Notes under the pieces: model-generated | What the model saw: only the letters and a program-made list of their open reading frames with translations | Told to the model about the DNA's origin: nothing | The model's database searches: none | Shown here: in pieces, positions 45,513-55,832 of the stretch | How the letters are laid out: every line of letters begins with the position of its first letter | Position numbering within the stretch: position 1 is the first letter of the stretch | Source: Escherichia coli | GTDB taxonomy: Bacteria; Pseudomonadota; Gammaproteobacteria; Enterobacterales; Enterobacteriaceae | DNA: 64,000 bases | Assembly (NCBI RefSeq): GCF_003790525.1 | Contig: NZ_CP033635.1 | Direction: 5' to 3' (one strand) | Program-made: the position numbers and the translations under genes

Positions 45513-45560
45513 TCATCTGCCCCGATATTTCGGGGCATTTATCTGGAAGGAAGAGAGACA

Positions 45561-46589
45561 ATGAACCACTACACACGCTGGCTTGAGTTAAAAGAACAAA
45601 ATCCCGGAAAGTACGCGCGTGACATCGCAGGTTTAATGAATATCAGCGAAGCAGAACTGGCATTTGCGCGCGTCACGCACGACGCGTGGCGGATGCGCGG
45701 CGATATCCGTGACATTCTGGCGGCGCTCGAAAGTGTTGGCGAGACCAAATGTATTTGCCGTAATGAATATGCAGTCCATGAGCAAGTTGGTGCGTTCACA
45801 AACCAGCATTTGAACGGACATGCCGGATTGATCCTCAATCCGCGCGCGCTGGATTTACGTCTGTTTCTCAATCAATGGGCCAGTGTTTTCCACATCAAAG
45901 AAAACACGGCTCGTGGCGAACGCCAGAGTATTCAGTTCTTTGATCATCAGGGCGATGCATTACTAAAAGTTTATGCCACCGACAATACCGATATGGCGGC
46001 ATGGAGTGAGCTTCTGGCACGGTTTATCACCGATGAGAATACGCCGCTTGAGTTAAAAGCCGTTGATGCGCCAGTTGTTCAAACGCGAGCCGATGCCAGT
46101 GTGGTCGAGCAAGAGTGGCGGGCGATGACCGACGTTCATCAGTTTTTTACGTTGCTCAAGCGCCACAACCTGACGCGCCAACAGGCGTTCAATCTGGTGG
46201 CAGACGATTTGGCCTGCAAAGTATCCAACAGTGCGTTGGCGCAAATTCTTGAATCTGCACAGCAGGATGGCAATGAAATCATGGTGTTTGTTGGCAACCG
46301 TGGCTGCGTACAGATTTTCACTGGCGTGGTAGAAAAAGTGGTGCCAATGAAAGGTTGGCTGAATATTTTTAACCCGACGTTTACTCTTCATCTATTAGAA
46401 GAGAGCATTGCTGAAACCTGGGTAACCCGTAAACCTGCTAGTGACGGTTATGTGACCAGTCTGGAATTGTTTGCCCATGATGGTACGCAGATAGCGCAAC
46501 TTTATGGTCAACGTACAGAAGGCGAACAGGAGCAAGCGCAATGGCGTAAGCAAATTGCTTCGCTGATACCGGAAGGCGTTACTGCATAA
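45561..46589 (+). CDS. chuS: Haem oxygenase / haem-degrading protein ChuS
   Basis: 342 aa ORF directly downstream of chuA. Confidence 0.9.
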   Translation: MNHYTRWLELKEQNPGKYARDIAGLMNISEAELAFARVTHDAWRMRGDIRDILAALESVGETKCICRNEYAVHEQVGAFTNQHLNGHAGLILNPRALDLRLFLNQWASVFHIKENTARGERQSIQFFDHQGDALLKVYATDNTDMAAWSELLARFITDENTPLELKAVDAPVVQTRADASVVEQEWRAMTDVHQFFTLLKRHNLTRQQAFNLVADDLACKVSNSALAQILESAQQDGNEIMVFVGNRGCVQIFTGVVEKVVPMKGWLNIFNPTFTLHLLEESIAETWVTRKPASDGYVTSLELFAHDGTQIAQLYGQRTEGEQEQAQWRKQIASLIPEGVTA

Positions 46590-46649
46590 CGTATAATTAA
46601 CGGGAGGTCTGGCTATTTATTGCTGGGCCTCTTTATATTAATCAATCGA

Positions 46650-47180
46650 TCACACCAGATAATCAATATGCTGATGGCGTACCAACTCATTGATCCGCTT
46701 AAGATTGAGGATCATCATGATATTGTGTTTATGGCAGTAGAACGTTTTTAGCGATATTTTCAGTTTCTCCAGAATATCTTCCGTTGTCATTTGATTCGCA
46801 ATGCAGCTCAGAACCTGATGCTGCTTGCGCGAAAGGGCCACATCCGCTTCAGGCACAGAGCAGTAACTGCCATTGATGAGTGCGACAAAGTCGATGATGG
46901 TGATAGTTCGCGGAACAAAGGTCACCGGTACTTTCCCCAGGCAGCGTTTAATATTAAAGGGAGAGAAAATAATCACATGGACAGGTTTTAATCGTTCAAT
47001 TTGAGTGAGCAAATTAGAATGAAATACATTATTCATTAATGTATCAATAATGACGAAGGCATGCTGATGCAACATTACGTCGATCTCTTCTTCGTTCTGT
47101 ATATGAACGACATTACCTTTACTCAGAATGTTTTTCATCGCAGTGAAGAACATCGTATCCCTGGTAATTATAAGAAACAT
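46650..47180 (-). CDS. dctR: LuxR-family regulator DctR (YhiF)
   Basis: 176 aa ORF with a C-terminal LuxR-type HTH; follows slp. Confidence 0.85.
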   Translation of the reverse strand: MFLIITRDTMFFTAMKNILSKGNVVHIQNEEEIDVMLHQHAFVIIDTLMNNVFHSNLLTQIERLKPVHVIIFSPFNIKRCLGKVPVTFVPRTITIIDFVALINGSYCSVPEADVALSRKQHQVLSCIANQMTTEDILEKLKISLKTFYCHKHNIMMILNLKRINELVRHQHIDYLV

Positions 47181-47332
47181 AACCGACTCCTGGTGCGGAC
47201 ATTAACTTTATAATCAGTTTGCCAAAGGTAATTAACAGGACAGGGCTTATAATAATAATTAGCTTACTGTGTATTAATTTGATGTAATGCATGATGCAGA
47301 TGCTGAGAAAGCATCTGCATCTTTCGGTGGTG

Positions 47333-47899
47333 TTATTTGACCAGCTCAGGTGTTACCTGACTCACCGCGTTGGTGTAGTAAGGCGCACCCCAGCCCGGTT
47401 CCGGCCAGAATGCACCATAGCCGTAATCCCACAGGTTATAGGTGGTATTAACCACTTCTCTCAAATGCCACACCTGGATGCCCTGCATATTCACTTCGAG
47501 GAAGTTATACGGGACTTTATTGATAAAGCCAGGTTGTTCACCCTGAATGGTACCGAGGATGGTAACAAAGTGATTACGATAGTTCACTGGATCAAGGAAG
47601 CCGCTTTGTCTGGCGAGCAGTCGGCCCTGATAGTTGGCTTCAATATCAGGCTTCGCATAGCTATCCAACGGTAATACAGCGATTTCTAACAACGTATCCG
47701 TTTTGCCATTGATAACGTTGATAACCTTCCCACCAAAGCGCGCTTGTTGACCAACATATAACCCCGGCTGGTTATGAACAGCAACAAAACTTTTTTGAAT
47801 ATCAGGTTGGTTATTACCTTTGATATTTTGCGGAATTGAACTACATGCGGCAAGCAAAAATGAAAGGCTGAGGATGAGTGCACCTTTTGTCATGTTCAT
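47333..47899 (-). CDS. slp: Starvation-inducible outer-membrane lipoprotein Slp
   Basis: 188 aa from ATG at 47899 (MNMTKGALILSLSFLLAAC, lipobox LAAC). Confidence 0.9.
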   Translation of the reverse strand: MNMTKGALILSLSFLLAACSSIPQNIKGNNQPDIQKSFVAVHNQPGLYVGQQARFGGKVINVINGKTDTLLEIAVLPLDSYAKPDIEANYQGRLLARQSGFLDPVNYRNHFVTILGTIQGEQPGFINKVPYNFLEVNMQGIQVWHLREVVNTTYNLWDYGYGAFWPEPGWGAPYYTNAVSQVTPELVK

Positions 47900-48144
47900 G
47901 TTACTATCCTTATCAACAAATATTAAAACCATAATAGATATTTCTTTATAGTTTTCATCTGATTCTGAGGCGATATGCCTGATAGTAACGTAAACCTGTC
48001 TGATGTTTATATCCCTTCTGTTTAGTTTAATTCTGTTAATTTTGTGGCGTGACATGAGTATCCATCGCCCCATAAAATAGCCTTTTTTTAAAGGTGCATA
48101 AAATCTATTTTTATTCAATGCTTATAAAGCGCTAATGTTCAATA

Positions 48145-49368
48145 TTATGGGATTATATTCTGGTAATGATTTGATAAGCGAATTCTTTTGCCAATTGGTG
48201 TTTCTATTTCTACCCCATAATTTATAGTTTTTTCATCAGGTAGCGATCTCTTTAAATAAGGTGCGTATGACATTTTTTTAGGATGAAACGTATCGTGTTG
48301 AAATATTTCGAATTGATATTCAGACATTTGTGCCCATTTTTTAATTCTATTGTATCGAGAGGGTGTTGTAAAATCTTTAACTTGCTTGTAACATTCTTTT
48401 TGGAATTCTTGCTGATATTTTATTATGTCGTTGTATGAAAGATTGTTTACCCTGGTTTCTAATAATTCTATTATTGTCGAAGCAATTTCCGCTTTTGCTC
48501 TTAAAGAGTTGTCATTAATGGTTAATAATGTTGAAAATAAACCATTGATTTGTTTGTCAACATATTGTTCATCTTTATGTAATTTTGTGATGGGGTTTTC
48601 CTTATGTGAAAAAATAGTATCAAATAAATTTGCGTCAGTGAAGTTTACATTAAGTAGATCTTCGAAATAAAACCTTGACAAGGTTAGAACGAACCCGGAC
48701 AGGTCCTGTCCTGTCATATTGAAATCAATAAAGTTGGTTCCAGCAAAGACTTTCATCCTGTTTTCATTTTCACTGTGCTCAATATACAACCTTGTCATTT
48801 TTTGGTACAAGCGTTGAATATCTTTTATATCAGTTGGTAAATCAGTTCGTAGCCCAGAAAAATTTTTATTTTCGGAAGAAACGGTTTGGACACTGAATCT
48901 TACTGGTATTCCCTCTTCTACGAGAATTTTAGTTATGATTGGCTTATTGGGCTTAGGATTAAAGACAACAATGATTTTAGATTCAGAGTTTTTATTCTTT
49001 TCGTATCTAATGTTATTAATCTGATTAAGTATTGATTGTGTCTGTTGCGTAAGTGGTGTCGAACTTATCGTTTCAATGTTATTAATAAGTTTTACAAGTT
49101 GAGCCACAACTTTTGAGTAGTCTGCATTTGTATATGTGGTGTTCGTGTGGCACGCATTAATTTGTTGGAGTTGTTGTTGCGCTAAATCAAATTGTTCAGC
49201 GTTATATCCTTCTTCAGACAATGAAAAATTAATGGGTTGCTGTTCTTCCTGATTATCACAAGGCCACATCGGTGTGTCTGGTGTTTTAACATTGTCGGTA
49301 TCTGTTGTGCGGTTATAAATATCGCCGTGATATGTATTTATCATACCTGGGGTAAAGTCAATTGACAT
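48145..49368 (-). CDS. yhiS: YhiS-like protein of unknown function, intact (407 aa)
   Basis: AT-rich ORF at the position where K-12 carries the IS5-interrupted yhiS pseudogene; no IS sequence visible here. Confidence 0.65.
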   Translation of the reverse strand: MSIDFTPGMINTYHGDIYNRTTDTDNVKTPDTPMWPCDNQEEQQPINFSLSEEGYNAEQFDLAQQQLQQINACHTNTTYTNADYSKVVAQLVKLINNIETISSTPLTQQTQSILNQINNIRYEKNKNSESKIIVVFNPKPNKPIITKILVEEGIPVRFSVQTVSSENKNFSGLRTDLPTDIKDIQRLYQKMTRLYIEHSENENRMKVFAGTNFIDFNMTGQDLSGFVLTLSRFYFEDLLNVNFTDANLFDTIFSHKENPITKLHKDEQYVDKQINGLFSTLLTINDNSLRAKAEIASTIIELLETRVNNLSYNDIIKYQQEFQKECYKQVKDFTTPSRYNRIKKWAQMSEYQFEIFQHDTFHPKKMSYAPYLKRSLPDEKTINYGVEIETPIGKRIRLSNHYQNIIP

Positions 49369-49947
49369 AACATTCCTTATTGTTCATCTATTTCGCTAAA
49401 TTTTTGTAAATCGGAGAATTAGAGCAGGAATGGATTTTCTTCTACGCGGAAATAAACACAATGCGTCATATCTTCCTGATATAATTACCTTTAACTTCCC
49501 TTTCATTTCCACCCGATAATATTTGTGTATAAAAAAAGGGCAGTGATAGTATCGTAAAGGAAAACATTAACAACTATCAAAAAGCGCTCATTTTAAGAAG
49601 TTATGATGTTCTCCGATAGTGTGTGAAGTGATATTTTTGTGATGTTTTAGATGTGTAATAATGAACCAGGTTAAAGTGTATTTAAAAATGTGTTGTATTG
49701 GCGACTGAAATCTACCCTTTAAAAGGGGGATGATACTGAGACAAAGAGACATTGCTTCTCCGATAAAATGTCAGAGAAGCATGATTGCGTGGTGATTGTC
49801 GATTGATGACTTACTGACGGATCCGTCATCATTCTCAAAGCATTAGTTAAGTTATTTGTTATTTTTAAGGATTATCCTATCTATGATTTTCTACTCAGAA
49901 GGATAAGGCACTCACAATACTCCTTATAGTTTACTGCTGGCATCTAT

Positions 49948-50960
49948 TTAAAATAGCATTTGAGTCAAATAGCCCATCAAGATAGCCATACCTAATATAA
50001 CCGTCAGGAATGCAACTATCATCGGTATTCTGAACATTGATTTAAGTAATATCACTTCCGTCAGGCTTGCGCCGGCACTGCCGATGATTAATGCCATTAA
50101 TGCTCCCAGACCCATTCCTTTTGTCATCAAAACAGATGCCAGAGGGATAACTGCCTCTGCCCGGATATATAGCGGAATACCAACAACGGCGCTCAATGGG
50201 ATGGCGAAGGGATTATCTGCCCCTGCATGAGCGGCAATCCACTCTGAGGGAATAAAGCCATAAATAAAAGAGCCTATTAATACCCCTAACAAAGATATGG
50301 CAGTACATCTTTAAACTGTTGCAACGCATCTTTGGTGGCTAGTTTTATGGGATTAATACTTACCACAGCTTTGGTATTGCAACAGTTAACTACGGGTTTC
50401 TCAATGGCTTTAGCCGTTGGACTACAGCAACTCACTTCTATTGGCGTATATGTCGTCCCCGGCGAAGTTTTGGCTGGAGCACAACAATTTGCTGATGAGC
50501 TTTTACTGGCAATGATATGACGTTCAAATCCCAGGGAATCCAGGATAATACTGGCAAGTACGGAGACGCCGGCGGCGATAATCGCGTACAACAAGGTAAC
50601 TTTCCAGCCAAAGGTCACCCACATTAACCCGACGATAATGGGATTAAGTAATGGGGAAACAAATAAAAAAGTGAGGGTCGGACCAAACCCGGCTTTCGCT
50701 GATAACAATCCACGTAACATGGGGATTGTCGAGCAACTACAGAACGGGGTAACGGCTCCCAACAGAGCAGCCAGGAGATAACCTCTCCCTTTTCTGGCCC
50801 CCATCATCTGCTGGATTTTATGGTCTGGCACCTTTTGTCTTATCAGGCTGACACCGGCACTAATCACTATAAACAGCAAAGAAAGCTCGACGGCGAGAAA
50901 CACAAACATCTCTGCGGCATCTTGCAGCATCGCAAGCCAACTACTCATACGTAACCTCAT
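49948..50960 (-). pseudogene. ArsP-like (YraQ/DUF318-family) permease gene split by a frameshift into 224-aa and 114-aa ORFs
   Basis: ORFs 50286..50960 and 49948..50292 are adjacent in different frames; the N-terminal part carries the TPFCSCSTIP motif; junction lies at a short T-run (minus strand) near 50291-50294. Confidence 0.7.
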
Positions 50961-50971
50961 TGAATAAATCT

Positions 50972-51030
50972 ATATTTCCAGAATAATCGAAATGAAATTC
51001 AGATCAAGATATTTCTGGTATTATCGAAAT
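50972..51030. promoter_or_regulatory. Two copies of a ~22-bp ATTTC-N-GAAAT palindromic motif in the divergent promoter region
   Basis: atatttccagaataatcgaaat (50972-50993) and atatttctggtattatcgaaat (51009-51030), read directly from the sequence. Confidence 0.5.
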
Positions 51031-51054
51031 ATCAACCAGACAGAGGGGAGTCAT

Positions 51055-51375
51055 ATGCAGTTGGAAGAAGTTGCTAAAGCGCTGAAAGAGCTAGGTCACC
51101 CGACCCGTTTGTTCATATTTAAGCATCTGGTCAAAGCGGGGGAACAAGGTTTGCCGGTCGGTGAGTTGCAAAAGCAGCTTGGGATACCCGGCTCTACACT
51201 CAGTCACCATATTTCAGCACTGGTATCGGTAGGGTTGGTCAAACAAAACCGTGAGAGTCGGACGCTGATGTGTGTTTCGCAATACGCAATGCTGGAAGCG
51301 ATAATTGAATTTTTACGTGAGGAGTGCTGCGTAAACAGCAAAACAGATGGCGAAGGAGCCACGAAGAACAAATAA
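51055..51375 (+). CDS. ArsR/SmtB-family transcriptional regulator (106 aa) with a C-terminal Cys-Cys pair
   Basis: ATG at 51055 with GAGGGGAG upstream; winged-HTH-like PVGELQKQLGIPGSTLSHHISALVSVGLV; EECCVN near the C-terminus; divergent from the ArsP-like gene. Confidence 0.75.
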   Translation: MQLEEVAKALKELGHPTRLFIFKHLVKAGEQGLPVGELQKQLGIPGSTLSHHISALVSVGLVKQNRESRTLMCVSQYAMLEAIIEFLREECCVNSKTDGEGATKNK

Positions 51376-51395
51376 GGGGGCATATCCCCCTTTAG

Positions 51396-51821
51396 CTATT
51401 TCAGGCGTTTACCCGCCTCATCAACCACTTTCTCGCCATCTTCCTTGGTGAACGCGCGTTGTTGCGCATCTGGCAGAATTTCCAGCACCACTTCTGAAGG
51501 GCGGCACAGGCGAGTTCCCAGCGGTGTCACCACAATCGGGCGGTTAATCAGGATGGGATATTGCAGCATAAAGTCGATTAACCGATCGTCAGTAAATTTA
51601 TCTTCTGCAAGGCCCAGTTCCTCATACGGCTCAACGTTTTTACGCAACAGCGCACGAACGGAAATCCCCATATCGGCAATGAGCTTGATCAGTTCATCGC
51701 GTGTGGGTGGAGTTTCCAGATAATAGATAATGGTCGGTTCTGTACCGCTGTTGCGAATCATCTCCAGCGTATTACGCGACGTGCCGCAGGCCGGGTTGTG
51801 ATAAATAGTAATGTTGCTCAT
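51396..51821 (-). CDS. arsC: Arsenate reductase ArsC (glutaredoxin-coupled)
   Basis: 141 aa ORF (MSNITIYHNPACGTSRNTLEMIR...). Confidence 0.95.
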   Translation of the reverse strand: MSNITIYHNPACGTSRNTLEMIRNSGTEPTIIYYLETPPTRDELIKLIADMGISVRALLRKNVEPYEELGLAEDKFTDDRLIDFMLQYPILINRPIVVTPLGTRLCRPSEVVLEILPDAQQRAFTKEDGEKVVDEAGKRLK

Positions 51822-51833
51822 ATCAGTATCTCA

Positions 51834-53123
51834 TTACAAAGTGAAAGAGAGACGAAGCGCCAGCGCGGCGAGCGTCACAAACAGCACCGGCAGGGTCATG
51901 ATAATCCCTGTACGGAAGTAATATCCCCAGCTGATAGTCATATTCTTCTGCGAAAGTACGTGCAGCCAGAGCAGCGTTGCCAGGCTACCAATCGGTGTAA
52001 TTTTCGGCCCCAAATCGCAGCCAATTACGTTGGCATAAACCATCGCTTCTTTGATGACACCAGATGCCGTGCTGCCATCAATGGACAACGCGCCAACCAG
52101 TACCGTCGGCATATTGTTCATAATAGAAGAGAGGAAGGCGGTGAGGAATCCGGTGCCGAGCGTCGCCGCCCACAGGCCGTTATCCGCCAGCACGTTGAGT
52201 ACGCCAGAAAGATATTCCGTTAATCCGGCATTGCGCAGGCCATAAACCACCAGATACATGCCGAGCGAGAAGATGACAATCTGCCAGGGCGCACCGCGCA
52301 GCACCTTACCCGTATTAATCGCATGACCGCGTTTAGCGACGACAAATAATATCAGCGCGCCCACTGCCGCAATGGCGCTTACCGGAATGCCGAGCGGTTC
52401 CAGGACGAAAAATCCCACCAGCAGAAGCAGTAAAACAACCCCGCCAGTTTTGAAGGTGGCAGGATCTTTAACCGCTTCTGCGGGAGATTTTAGCAGCGCC
52501 ATGTCGTAGTTCTGCGGAATATCTTTGCGGAAATAGAGATGCAACATCACCAGGGTAGCCAGTATTGCAGCGATATCCACCGGCACCATCACCGAGGCGT
52601 ATTCGCGAAAGTCGAGGCTAAAGAAATCTGCCGAAACGATATTCACCAGGTTAGAGACAATAAGCGGCAGGCTGGCGGTATCGGCAATGAATCCGGCCGC
52701 CATAACAAACGCCAGCGTAGTGCCTTTGTTGAACCCTAAAGCCAGCAGCATGGCGATGACAATCGGTGTCAAAATAAGCGCCGCGCCATCATTGGCAAAC
52801 AGAGCTGCAACGGCAGCACCGAGCAGGACAATCCAGGTAAACAGCAAGCGACCGCGCCCATTGCCCCAGCGTGAGACGTGCAGCGCCGCCCATTCAAAAA
52901 AGCCGGACTCATCCAGCAGCAAGCTGATGATAATGACGGCTATAAACGCCGCCGTCGCGTTCCAGACGATATTCCACACCACCGGAATATCGCCCGGATG
53001 GACCACGCCAGTAACTAACGCCAGTACGGCGCCCAGTGTCGCACTCCAGCCGATGCCTAAACCTTTCGGCTGCCAGATAACCAATACGATGGTCAGGACA
53101 AAGATAGCGCCCGCCAGTAACAT
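51834..53123 (-). CDS. arsB: Arsenite/antimonite efflux pump ArsB
   Basis: 429 aa from ATG at 53123 ([21 protein letters not shown]...); the ORF track extends 7 codons further upstream. Confidence 0.95.
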   Translation of the reverse strand: MLLAGAIFVLTIVLVIWQPKGLGIGWSATLGAVLALVTGVVHPGDIPVVWNIVWNATAAFIAVIIISLLLDESGFFEWAALHVSRWGNGRGRLLFTWIVLLGAAVAALFANDGAALILTPIVIAMLLALGFNKGTTLAFVMAAGFIADTASLPLIVSNLVNIVSADFFSLDFREYASVMVPVDIAAILATLVMLHLYFRKDIPQNYDMALLKSPAEAVKDPATFKTGGVVLLLLLVGFFVLEPLGIPVSAIAAVGALILFVVAKRGHAINTGKVLRGAPWQIVIFSLGMYLVVYGLRNAGLTEYLSGVLNVLADNGLWAATLGTGFLTAFLSSIMNNMPTVLVGALSIDGSTASGVIKEAMVYANVIGCDLGPKITPIGSLATLLWLHVLSQKNMTISWGYYFRTGIIMTLPVLFVTLAALALRLSFTL

Positions 53124-53177
53124 CATGCCTCCTTGATAAAACACATTCGAATATTCATATGTGTTTAGATAAATTTT

Positions 53178-53531
53178 TTAACTACAAATATTCTTACTGT
53201 CTGCGGAACAATTTTGTCTGGCGAGGTTACGGACAATCACCTGAACCTTTTCCTGTTCGCATCGCCAGGCCTGCTCAATAATTTTCGCCGCCCATGCTGG
53301 AATATGCGGCGATAAACGGTAATGAACCCACTTTCCTTGCTTGCGGTCCAGCAATAGCCCACTTTCACGCAGTAATGCCAGATGGCGGGAGATCTTGGGC
53401 TGCGACTGATCGAGGGCAGTGCAGAGATCGCAGACGCATAACTCTCCCAGCTCGCTGAGCAGTAAAACGATGCCCAAACGGGTTTCATCGGCAAGAATTT
53501 TGAAGAGTTGGATGGGTAACAGAAATGACAT
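53178..53531 (-). CDS. arsR: Arsenical-resistance repressor ArsR
   Basis: 117 aa ORF with the ELCVCDL metalloid-binding motif. Confidence 0.95.
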   Translation of the reverse strand: MSFLLPIQLFKILADETRLGIVLLLSELGELCVCDLCTALDQSQPKISRHLALLRESGLLLDRKQGKWVHYRLSPHIPAWAAKIIEQAWRCEQEKVQVIVRNLARQNCSADSKNICS

Positions 53532-53683
53532 ATTGCGCTCCTGATTGTTGCACTTAGTGTCTCTCTTCGAAGCGGATAAGTCAAAAACATATATGGTTTA
53601 ACGAATTCGTATGTGCAGAGGAAGGTAATAGGTGTGAATTTTGAGTTGGGTATTCATTTGAAAGGAGGTCTGAATCAGGACAT

Positions 53684-53770
53684 AAAAAACCGACTTTGCG
53701 TCGGTTTTTTACTCTTCAGCCTGAGTTGGTGGCTCTGGCTGGAGTGAGAGAGCTCTTATCTAACGGTTCA
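53684..53770 (-). ncRNA. agrB: agr-type antisense sRNA, copy nearest arsR (tentatively agrB); ends approximate
   Basis: Minus-strand hairpin plus U-run ending near 53684; body is homologous to, and hence complementary to, the dinQ leader on the other strand. Confidence 0.4.
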
Positions 53771-53915
53771 ATACTATTAGCCAGTGACTAACATTGCAAG
53801 AATTAGCGATTTCTTCAGCTGGCGGAGGGACAGTTTGCTATACATGGTGGTGAAAGAGGATTGATATACTTTCATCGGGTCGCTGCCGTACCAAGCCTTG
53901 TCCGAATCCGGATGT

Positions 53916-54002
53916 AAAAAAACCGACTTTGCGTCGGTTTTTTACTTTCCAGCCCTGAGTTGGTGGCTCTGGCTGGAGTGAGAATGCCATCATCTAACGC
54001 AT
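53916..54002 (-). ncRNA. agrA: agr-type antisense sRNA, middle copy (tentatively agrA); ends approximate
   Basis: Second copy of the same hairpin and U-run and the homologous body. Confidence 0.4.
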
Positions 54003-54060
54003 CAATGCTAATACCATACTGAAACTATTGCAAGGACATGCTGGTTTTATAACCTGAATA

Positions 54061-54080
54061 TACTGTATGATTATCCAGTT
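54061..54080 (+). promoter_or_regulatory. LexA-box-like site (tactgtatgattatccagtt) upstream of dinQ
   Basis: CTGT-N8-CCAG, resembling the SOS box CTGT-N8-ACAG. Confidence 0.45.
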
Positions 54081-54271
54081 AGCTCTGAGGCATTTTCACT
54101 CTGGCAATGCGCATAAACGCTTTCAAAGTCCTGATCAGTGGTACGGGTGGTGCCGTTAACTGATGCTCTGGCCGGAGTGAGAATGCCATTATCTAACAAT
54201 AGGGCATGCGCCGTGACAGGCAATGGATGAGTAAGCGGATGCATTCTCACTCCATCGTATGGAGAACACGG

Positions 54272-54358
54272 GTGATTGATAAAGCAATCATCGTTCTTGG
54301 GGCGTTAATTGCGCTGCTGGAACTGATCCGCTTTCTGCTTCAGCTTCTGAACTGGTAG
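54272..54358 (+). CDS. dinQ: DinQ small hydrophobic toxin peptide (type I toxin-antitoxin)
   Basis: GTG-initiated ORF encoding (V/M)IDKAIIVLGALIALLELIRFLLQLLNW; convergent with gor. Confidence 0.65.
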   Translation: MIDKAIIVLGALIALLELIRFLLQLLNW

Positions 54359-54408
54359 CGGAAACGTAGCTAAGGGCTAAGAGCACACTACTCTTAGCCC
54401 TTTAACAT

Positions 54409-55761
54409 TTAACGCATGGTCACGAACTCTTCTGCCGCCGTCGGGTGAATGGCGACGGTATTATCGAAGTCTTTTTTGGTTGCGCCCATCTTCAGTGCCA
54501 CCGCGAAGCCCTGCAACATTTCGTCCATACCAAAACCAATGCCGTGAATTCCGACAATCTTCTCTTCCGGTCCAACGCATACCAGTTTCATGCGGCACGG
54601 CTGGCGGTGAGTGGTGACGGCGGTATACATCGCGGTGAAAGAGGATTTATACACTTTCACCTGATCGTCGCCGTACTGCTCGCGTGCCTGCGGTTCCGTT
54701 AAACCAACAGTCCCAATCGGCGGATGGCTGAAGACCACGGTCGGAATGTTGCTGTAATCCAGATGCTCATCCGGCTTGTTATTAAACAGGCGTTCAGAGA
54801 GACGGCGACCCGCAGCAACTGCCACCGGTGTCAGTTCCACTGCACCCGTGTTATCGCCCACCGCGTAAATACCTTCAACGTTGGTATTTTGATATTTATC
54901 GACGACGATATAGCCTTTTTCGTTGGTTTTTACACCAGCGGCTTCCAGGTTGATGTTGTCATTGGCAGGCTCGCGACCAATCGCCCAAATCAGGCAATCC
55001 ACCGTTTCACTGCGCCCATCTTCCAGCTCCAGCGTCAGGCTACCATCAGCATTTTTCACTACTGCTTTCGGGATGGCGTTGGTGTGCAACTGCGGGCCTT
55101 CGGCGTTCATCACTTCGACCAGCGTTTCAGAGATCATCGGGTCGAAGCTGCGCAGCGGCGCATGTTTACGCACAAACAGATGCGTTTTCGCGCCGAGGCC
55201 GTTAATCACGCCCGCCAGTTCCACGGCGATGTAACCTGCGCCAACAACCGCCACGCGCTCTGGCAAAGCAGGAAGGGCGAAGAAACCATCGGAATCAATA
55301 CCGTATTCCACGCCTGGAATATCCGGGTGGCTCGGACGACCACCGGTGGCGATCAGAATATGATCGGCCGTGATGGTTTCGCCGTTGACTTCAATGGTTT
55401 TGGCATCAACGAAGCGGGCAAAGCCTTTGATTACATCAACGTTATTTTTACCGAGCACGTTCTCATAGGAAGTATGAATACGGTCGATATAGGCGGTACG
55501 GCTGGCGATCAACGTTTCCCAGTTGAACTTATTGATGGTGGTATCGAAACCATAATCCGGGCCGTACATGTGGATCGCTTCACGGATTTGCGCCGCGTGC
55601 CACATCACTTTTTTCGGCACACAGCCAACATTTACGCAGGTGCCGCCCAGCTCTTTGGCTTCAATCAGTGCGCATTTCTGGCCGTACATAGCCGCGCGGT
55701 TGATGGAGGCGATACCGCCGCTGCCGCCGCCGATGGCGATGTAATCATAGTGTTTAGTCAT
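54409..55761 (-). CDS. gor: Glutathione reductase Gor
   Basis: 450 aa ORF with FAD motif GGGSGG and redox-active [13 protein letters not shown]. Confidence 0.95.
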   Translation of the reverse strand: MTKHYDYIAIGGGSGGIASINRAAMYGQKCALIEAKELGGTCVNVGCVPKKVMWHAAQIREAIHMYGPDYGFDTTINKFNWETLIASRTAYIDRIHTSYENVLGKNNVDVIKGFARFVDAKTIEVNGETITADHILIATGGRPSHPDIPGVEYGIDSDGFFALPALPERVAVVGAGYIAVELAGVINGLGAKTHLFVRKHAPLRSFDPMISETLVEVMNAEGPQLHTNAIPKAVVKNADGSLTLELEDGRSETVDCLIWAIGREPANDNINLEAAGVKTNEKGYIVVDKYQNTNVEGIYAVGDNTGAVELTPVAVAAGRRLSERLFNNKPDEHLDYSNIPTVVFSHPPIGTVGLTEPQAREQYGDDQVKVYKSSFTAMYTAVTTHRQPCRMKLVCVGPEEKIVGIHGIGFGMDEMLQGFAVALKMGATKKDFDNTVAIHPTAAEEFVTMR

Positions 55762-55832
55762 GACATATTGTCCTTATCGTTGATTACCGCGATTGTAGCG
55801 CGAGACGTAATAGGTGCCAGCAATGGCTGCAA

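Larger units (their letters stand above)
53681..54358. repeat. Three tandem homologous ~235-bp units (agr-agr-dinQ type repeat)
   Basis: Repeated hairpin aaaaaaccgactttgcgtcggtttttt and repeated ctctggctggagtgaga / ctctggccggagtgaga segments at about 235-bp spacing. Confidence 0.8.
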
